The translations under genes and the position numbers were made by a program. 64,000 bases of DNA from Waterburya sp. (GTDB lineage Bacteria > Cyanobacteriota > Cyanobacteriia > Cyanobacteriales > Xenococcaceae), in contig CBDCJV010000002.1 in assembly GCA_965217895.1 (NCBI GenBank), positions 2,880,001-2,944,000 on the forward strand, in the 5' to 3' direction. Within the stretch, counting starts at the first letter, position 1; every line of letters starts with the position of its first letter. Under the pieces are notes generated by a model. That model searched no databases. It was not told where the DNA came from and saw only the letters and a list, made by a program, of their open reading frames with translations. This document shows, piece after piece, positions 59,542 through 64,000 of this stretch.

Positions 59542-60156
59542 CTATGGCAATTCCGCAGCAAAACTGGCTCTTTTCTTAAACTTTAAAGAGCCGATGGCTG
59601 AACCCCAAACTTGCTTGTGGGTATTTAAATCCATGCCTCGATCCCAGCTAACCCAGGTAGTTTCAGTTAGTTCAACATCACTAACTAAATAGGTATCTAC
59701 GCCTTGGCGATGAATAAAACATTTGTTTCCAGGTTCAACGCTGCCACGAAATAAATCTCCCTCTTTTTTAAACACCATTGAACAGTTGTAACGTCGTTCA
59801 ATACCATCTGGGGGAATTGTCAGAAGAATATCACGATTGTGACCAGAACCTGCATAGTTCTCTGCTTCCTTGAGGCTGTAATTTTCGATATAAATATGGT
59901 CGCCCTTGTCTACTAAGCGGTGAATTCCTTGACGATAAGGACTCCAAAGATCGTAATCGTAAACTTGTTCAGAATAAAAGCCTATCCCTGAAAAAAATTC
60001 CCAAGGCAATGGGCGAAAAAAAATCCGAATATGAGCATAGTTTTTAGGATCGGCATCAGACTGTTGACGATTGCAAAAATCTCCTGCCATCAGGCAAGCT
60101 AGCTCATGCAGCAGACCATTATCTTGCTCGGTAGAATTGTTATCTTTAGTCAACAT
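59542..60156 (-). CDS. cpeT: CpcT/CpeT bilin lyase
   Basis: YAHIR, FYSEQ.YDY...PYRQ, DRG and WGS motifs; operon position. Confidence 0.9.
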   Translation of the reverse strand: MLTKDNNSTEQDNGLLHELACLMAGDFCNRQQSDADPKNYAHIRIFFRPLPWEFFSGIGFYSEQVYDYDLWSPYRQGIHRLVDKGDHIYIENYSLKEAENYAGSGHNRDILLTIPPDGIERRYNCSMVFKKEGDLFRGSVEPGNKCFIHRQGVDTYLVSDVELTETTWVSWDRGMDLNTHKQVWGSAIGSLKFKKRASFAAELP

Positions 60157-60209
60157 TGTCTTTTATATATAAGTTCAAACAAAAAATTAAAAAGAGATTA
60201 AAAAATTAG

Positions 60210-60338
60210 AGCGTTGCTGAATTTAAACATGAAAGATAAAATTTTTCATCAATGGGGATATTTTAAAAAGCTAATAGCTGAGAGCTAATAGCTACGAACA
60301 GTAATACTATCAGGTTCATACCTGGATTCAGCAACGCT
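60210..60338. mobile_element. MITE-like element with 13-bp terminal inverted repeats
   Basis: AGCGTTGCTGAAT...ATTCAGCAACGCT, with further ATGAA symmetry and no ORF. Lone related ends near 30282 and 52630-52643. Confidence 0.6.
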
Positions 60339-60342
60339 AAAA

Positions 60343-60879
60343 TTAGTTATCTAAATTTAAAGAACGAATCTCAGAAGAGAAAGAAGCGGTAGTGACTCCT
60401 TTACCATCACCTGTCTTAATTAGAGACACTCGAAGTCTTAAATTGGGCGTAGCAAACCAGATTTTTTCTTCTGCTGCTGCTCTTTCATATTTGGTAGTCA
60501 AAATAAACGAACCGTCTTCTACAAGCTGATAATAACCGATCGCTGGCACGGTTTCAGCATAGCCCTGTTCTCTCAATAATTTTCCCAGGGTAGGGTTTTC
60601 TAAGTCGGGAACAGGCACTAGCACCGTTGAACCTGACAGCACCTCATCTTCATCCCAGTCAGATTGTCCTGACCAACTCATATAAAAAGGACTAGTAACT
60701 AGATGAGCATCGACTTGATTAGTTTTGCAAAGTTCAATAACTCTCTTGTCATTATGAGCCAAAGATTTAATCTCAATCTCAGAAGTTACTTCTTCAAAAT
60801 GGCGAAAAGCTAAATGGTGCGCGCTACGTTGCGATCGCCATTTTCCTAAAGAACGTTCTACAAATTCGTCGATATTCAT
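60343..60879 (-). CDS. cpeS: CpcS/CpeS bilin lyase
   Basis: G.WRSQRSAHHL, LLREQGYAE and ASFSSEIR motifs. Confidence 0.92.
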   Translation of the reverse strand: MNIDEFVERSLGKWRSQRSAHHLAFRHFEEVTSEIEIKSLAHNDKRVIELCKTNQVDAHLVTSPFYMSWSGQSDWDEDEVLSGSTVLVPVPDLENPTLGKLLREQGYAETVPAIGYYQLVEDGSFILTTKYERAAAEEKIWFATPNLRLRVSLIKTGDGKGVTTASFSSEIRSLNLDN

Positions 60880-61089
60880 AGATTTTAAATATAAAGAAAT
60901 TGTCTGCGCGAGTATTAAATCTGTTTTTAGTTTTTGATCCCTGCGGGAAAGGTGTACTCACCGCATCTATTACCCCTTGGCTAGTTTTTAGCTATTCGTA
61001 GCTAAGCCGAAAAGAAGTTTTTTTATCCTAGCAGCACATTAATTATGGCTGCTAGAAAGTAACAAGCGTAACGATAATTGGTTTGGGTA

Positions 61090-61386
61090 CTATTTATTTT
61101 TATTGCGATTTTTCCTACCGCCAGAACGCTTTTCAGGCTCAGACTCAGGAGCTTGTGCTTCGCTATGTGCAGGTGCAGCAGTTTCTCCCAAAGAAACATT
61201 AGCTACTTTGCCCCCCATACGACTGATGTTTTGGATGGTTTGAGACATCCGACTATAGGGAACTTTAATGGTGTAATTACTGTTACGCATTACGTCTTGG
61301 TGACACATCCCCGTAACCTCGATGGCAATGGTACGATTACCATATCCACTTATATTAGTATCTCCAGTAGTAATCATTCCTGACAT
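61090..61386 (-). CDS. Small CpcD-domain linker protein
   Basis: IEVTG...RNSNY...VPYSRMSQTIQNISRMGGKV motif; GGAGG RBS. Confidence 0.8.
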   Translation of the reverse strand: MSGMITTGDTNISGYGNRTIAIEVTGMCHQDVMRNSNYTIKVPYSRMSQTIQNISRMGGKVANVSLGETAAPAHSEAQAPESEPEKRSGGRKNRNKNK

Positions 61387-61503
61387 AATCTTAGATTCCT
61401 CCGATTTATTTTCTGTCTCATATACTGAGGGAATTTGTTTACCCTCAGTATTTTTTCACTTTAAAAGTGAAGGAGTTATGCCATAGCTAAAAGCTGATAG
61501 TAA

Positions 61504-61556
61504 GGCAGTGCGGTCTTGGGGGTTTCCCCCCATGAGCAACTGCCGAACCCGAAGGG
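61504..61556. repeat. GGGGGTTTCCCCC-family palindromic repeat
   Basis: GGCAGTGCGGTCTTGGGGGTTTCCCCCCATGAGCAACTGCC, sitting inside AGCTAA(A/T)-type heptamer runs. Confidence 0.75.
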
Positions 61557-61578
61557 CTAAAAGCTAATAGCTTTGTTA

Positions 61579-62343
61579 TTAAACTTCCGTAATACTCAGA
61601 ATTTTGGCACCAGTACGATGCAAGTTCTTAATTTTGGCGTTTAGCTGTGCATAGTCAACATTGTAAGTTTGATTGCTAAAACGATTTATAGAACCAACAC
61701 TTGCCTTGGTTGCCTTGATGCGGAAACGCTTATTATTAGTGCCAGGAGTTCCTCCAGAGCTTCTCTTGGGAAAGACAACGGGAGTAGGTTTGTTAGCTGC
61801 TAAATCAGAAATTAGCGTCGCTTTATTGGTAATGTTGTCGCTACTAGCATAGCCATTGTATAAAGCATAGGTACGGTTAAAACCTACATTTAGCAAAGTG
61901 CGCTGGTTGCTTTCTGTACGAGGACAAGGAATAATATTTTCGCCATAAGCATTGTTGTACTCTTCGCTATCGATGTAAGAATCGATTTCAGCTTCATAAC
62001 CAAGGTTGTTATAAATCTGCACGTGCTTAGATATTTCCGCCTGATCTAAAGGCGCACGTCCTAAGAAATGCTTGCAGTTCATTTCAATAAAGCGATACTG
62101 AGAACAGTTTTCAAAGAAAAAAGAACGGTACAGTTCTGATTGTCCGATCGCTCTAACGAAACCACGTATGGTAAGATCTCCATTTCTCAGCAGAGATTCA
62201 GCCGTCTCTAAACGCTCTCCTTCTAGTAGATAGGCGTTGCCCAAAACTTGTTTGTAAGCTTGGCGAATGATGATATTAAAATCTTGGTCTGGATCTCGTT
62301 CCCGCAGTTCAACTGGACGTAAATCAGTTATCCAAAATGACAT
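61579..62343 (-). CDS. cpeE: Phycoerythrin-associated rod linker CpeE
   Basis: MSFWI start, linker domain plus CpcD tail; third gene of the cpeCDE order. Confidence 0.85.
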   Translation of the reverse strand: MSFWITDLRPVELRERDPDQDFNIIIRQAYKQVLGNAYLLEGERLETAESLLRNGDLTIRGFVRAIGQSELYRSFFFENCSQYRFIEMNCKHFLGRAPLDQAEISKHVQIYNNLGYEAEIDSYIDSEEYNNAYGENIIPCPRTESNQRTLLNVGFNRTYALYNGYASSDNITNKATLISDLAANKPTPVVFPKRSSGGTPGTNNKRFRIKATKASVGSINRFSNQTYNVDYAQLNAKIKNLHRTGAKILSITEV

Positions 62344-62386
62344 AATAAGTTTCTCCTAAATTGAGTTATTTGTTAGTTAATAATTA

Positions 62387-63151
62387 CTAAATTTCGGTGA
62401 TGCTGACGATTTTTGCGCCAGTACGGTGAATGCGCTGGATCTGAGGTGTCATGCGATCGCCTGGGACGATATACTCTGTGTTGCTCACGCGACGAGGACT
62501 ATCGAATTTAGCACCTGTCACCACGATTTTGAACCGCTTGGCAGTAGCATCTGGACTAGGGGAAATTCGTCCACCGACAGAAGGCGTTTTAGCACTAACG
62601 GCACTATTGGTAGCAACACTGTTGACTAAACGAGAATTTTTATTAGCACTATCTACCCCAGCAATACCCTGAAGTAAGGTTAAAGTGCGATTATAGTTAA
62701 CCTGCTTTTGACCTACTTGGCTTTTTGCTCCTACATAATAAGGAACAATGTTTTCCCCAAACTTCTCTGAATATTCAACGCTATCGATATAAGAATCTAT
62801 TTCTGCGTCATAGCCTTCATTTACACAACGTTGAATATGTTCGGATAGTTCAGCCTGATCGGCGGGCGCGCGTCCCAAAAGATGTTTAAAGTTAAGCTCG
62901 ACAAAACGATATGGCGCACAGCTTTCAAAGTAGCGAGTGCGATAAAAATTTGATTTGGCTACAGCACGGACAAATTCTCTGAGGCTAATGTTGTCATCGC
63001 CAAACTGAGATTCTGCACTAACTAAACGCTCACTCTCCATGACGTGAGGATTGCCCAAAACTTGCTTATATACGTTGCGAATAGCGATCGCTTTGTCATC
63101 AGCAGTGCTATTAGCGCGAATTTCGACTGGTGAATCTAATACAGCGGTCAT
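62387..63151 (-). CDS. cpeD: Phycoerythrin-associated rod linker CpeD
   Basis: QVLGNPHVMESERL, SCAPYRFVELNF and KFDSPRR..TEYIVP..MTPQIQRI motifs. Confidence 0.9.
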   Translation of the reverse strand: MTAVLDSPVEIRANSTADDKAIAIRNVYKQVLGNPHVMESERLVSAESQFGDDNISLREFVRAVAKSNFYRTRYFESCAPYRFVELNFKHLLGRAPADQAELSEHIQRCVNEGYDAEIDSYIDSVEYSEKFGENIVPYYVGAKSQVGQKQVNYNRTLTLLQGIAGVDSANKNSRLVNSVATNSAVSAKTPSVGGRISPSPDATAKRFKIVVTGAKFDSPRRVSNTEYIVPGDRMTPQIQRIHRTGAKIVSITEI

Positions 63152-63263
63152 GTCTTATTTCTCCTAAAATAAATATTCTTTTGTTAATTTAAGAATTGCT
63201 AATTGAGAACAGGAAAGTCCGACACTTTTCTGTTCCCTAATTTGGCTTTTGTACCAGTTTTTC

Positions 63264-64000
63264 CTAGTTGACGGGAGTAATACTGGCTATTTTTCCACCT
63301 TGCTTGTGAATACGTTGGTATTCTTGAGAAAGCTGCTCATAAGGTACTAGGTAAACCTTATTGCTACGACGGAATTTAGAAACACTGTTGATTGGAAATC
63401 TGCCAACTCGATTTCTAACTCCAGCAGCCTGATAACCAGTAACCTCGATGCGATATACGGTGCCGTTTGCTCCTGCACCAACTCCCTGACGAGTACGAGC
63501 AGATAAAGGAGGTTCACGGAAAGACCAACCATCGCCAGCAGCACCACCAGAAGGAGGAACTATCGCCAAAGGCGTGCCTTGAATAATGTTTTTGTTAAGT
63601 ACAGGGCTTTTCCCTGCCAAACTGCCTTTAAAGTCACTAGAGGAAGCCCCACGAGCTAAAGCAAACATATGAGTGAATTCCACCATAGTTTGACCAGGGC
63701 GACTCTTATATCCTCGATAAAAAGGAACGAAGTTTTCTCCATAGGCTTCTTGATATTCATCGCTATCAAGATAGGAATCAATTTCTGCTTCCCAACCACC
63801 TTTGTCTAGAATGGCACTGTGAGCCTTCATTTCGTCATAGCCATTGGGCGCACGTCCCAGAAAATGCTTAAAGTTTAGCTCAATAAAGCGATAACGAGGG
63901 CAAGTTGCAAAAAAACGAGAAAAATAAGCTTCAGATTTGCCTATTTCTCGCACAAATTCCCGCACGCTCAGTTGTCCGAGTTTAAATTGAGATTCAGGAA
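63264..64000 (-). CDS. cpeC: Phycoerythrin-associated rod linker CpeC, 5'-partial
   Basis: Frame open to the window edge (PESQFKLGQLSVREF); VYRIEVTGY and SKFRRSN.V.LVPYEQLSQEYQRIH motifs. Confidence 0.9.
   Translation of the reverse strand, partial: PESQFKLGQLSVREFVREIGKSEAYFSRFFATCPRYRFIELNFKHFLGRAPNGYDEMKAHSAILDKGGWEAEIDSYLDSDEYQEAYGENFVPFYRGYKSRPGQTMVEFTHMFALARGASSSDFKGSLAGKSPVLNKNIIQGTPLAIVPPSGGAAGDGWSFREPPLSARTRQGVGAGANGTVYRIEVTGYQAAGVRNRVGRFPINSVSKFRRSNKVYLVPYEQLSQEYQRIHKQGGKIASITPVN

Noticed and set aside
1396..63547. Numerous 60-130-aa antisense or alternate-frame ORFs in the track
   Set aside because: They overlap well-supported genes and lack motifs; treated as shadow ORFs.

Overview
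Chromosomal window from a phycoerythrin-containing, AT-rich cyanobacterium; the HIP1 octamer GCGATCGC is very frequent, and a Pleurocapsales-like origin is a guess. About 1-39 kb is mostly housekeeping: NFACT/RqcH, corA, mrdA, murF, recA, cobalamin riboswitch + cbiMNQO, divergent petE/petJ, a proA-like gene, grxD/bolA and dacB. It also holds an unannotated candidate sRNA (NsrR1-like) with two NtcA boxes at ~1.7-1.86 kb. A HIP1-free islet at ~39.4-42.7 kb carries a long BKACE-like gene broken by a single in-frame TAG plus an MFS transporter. plsX-fabH follow. A ~45.3-54.6 kb general-stress/desiccation-like region contains an uncharacterised four-enzyme cassette (acyl-CoA-dehydrogenase-like, PIG-L deacetylase, NodS-like methyltransferase, GT2) with Mn-catalase, DUF4383, DUF2243, a YsnF fragment and hydrophilin-like proteins; this cassette is the best candidate for an undescribed system. 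The window ends in the cpeCDE-(cpcD-like)-cpeS-cpeT-cpeR operon plus an atypical linker gene. Many small palindromic repeats occur, some inside coding sequence, and several gene fragments break at HIP1 sites. All family assignments are from motif recognition and memory, not database searches.
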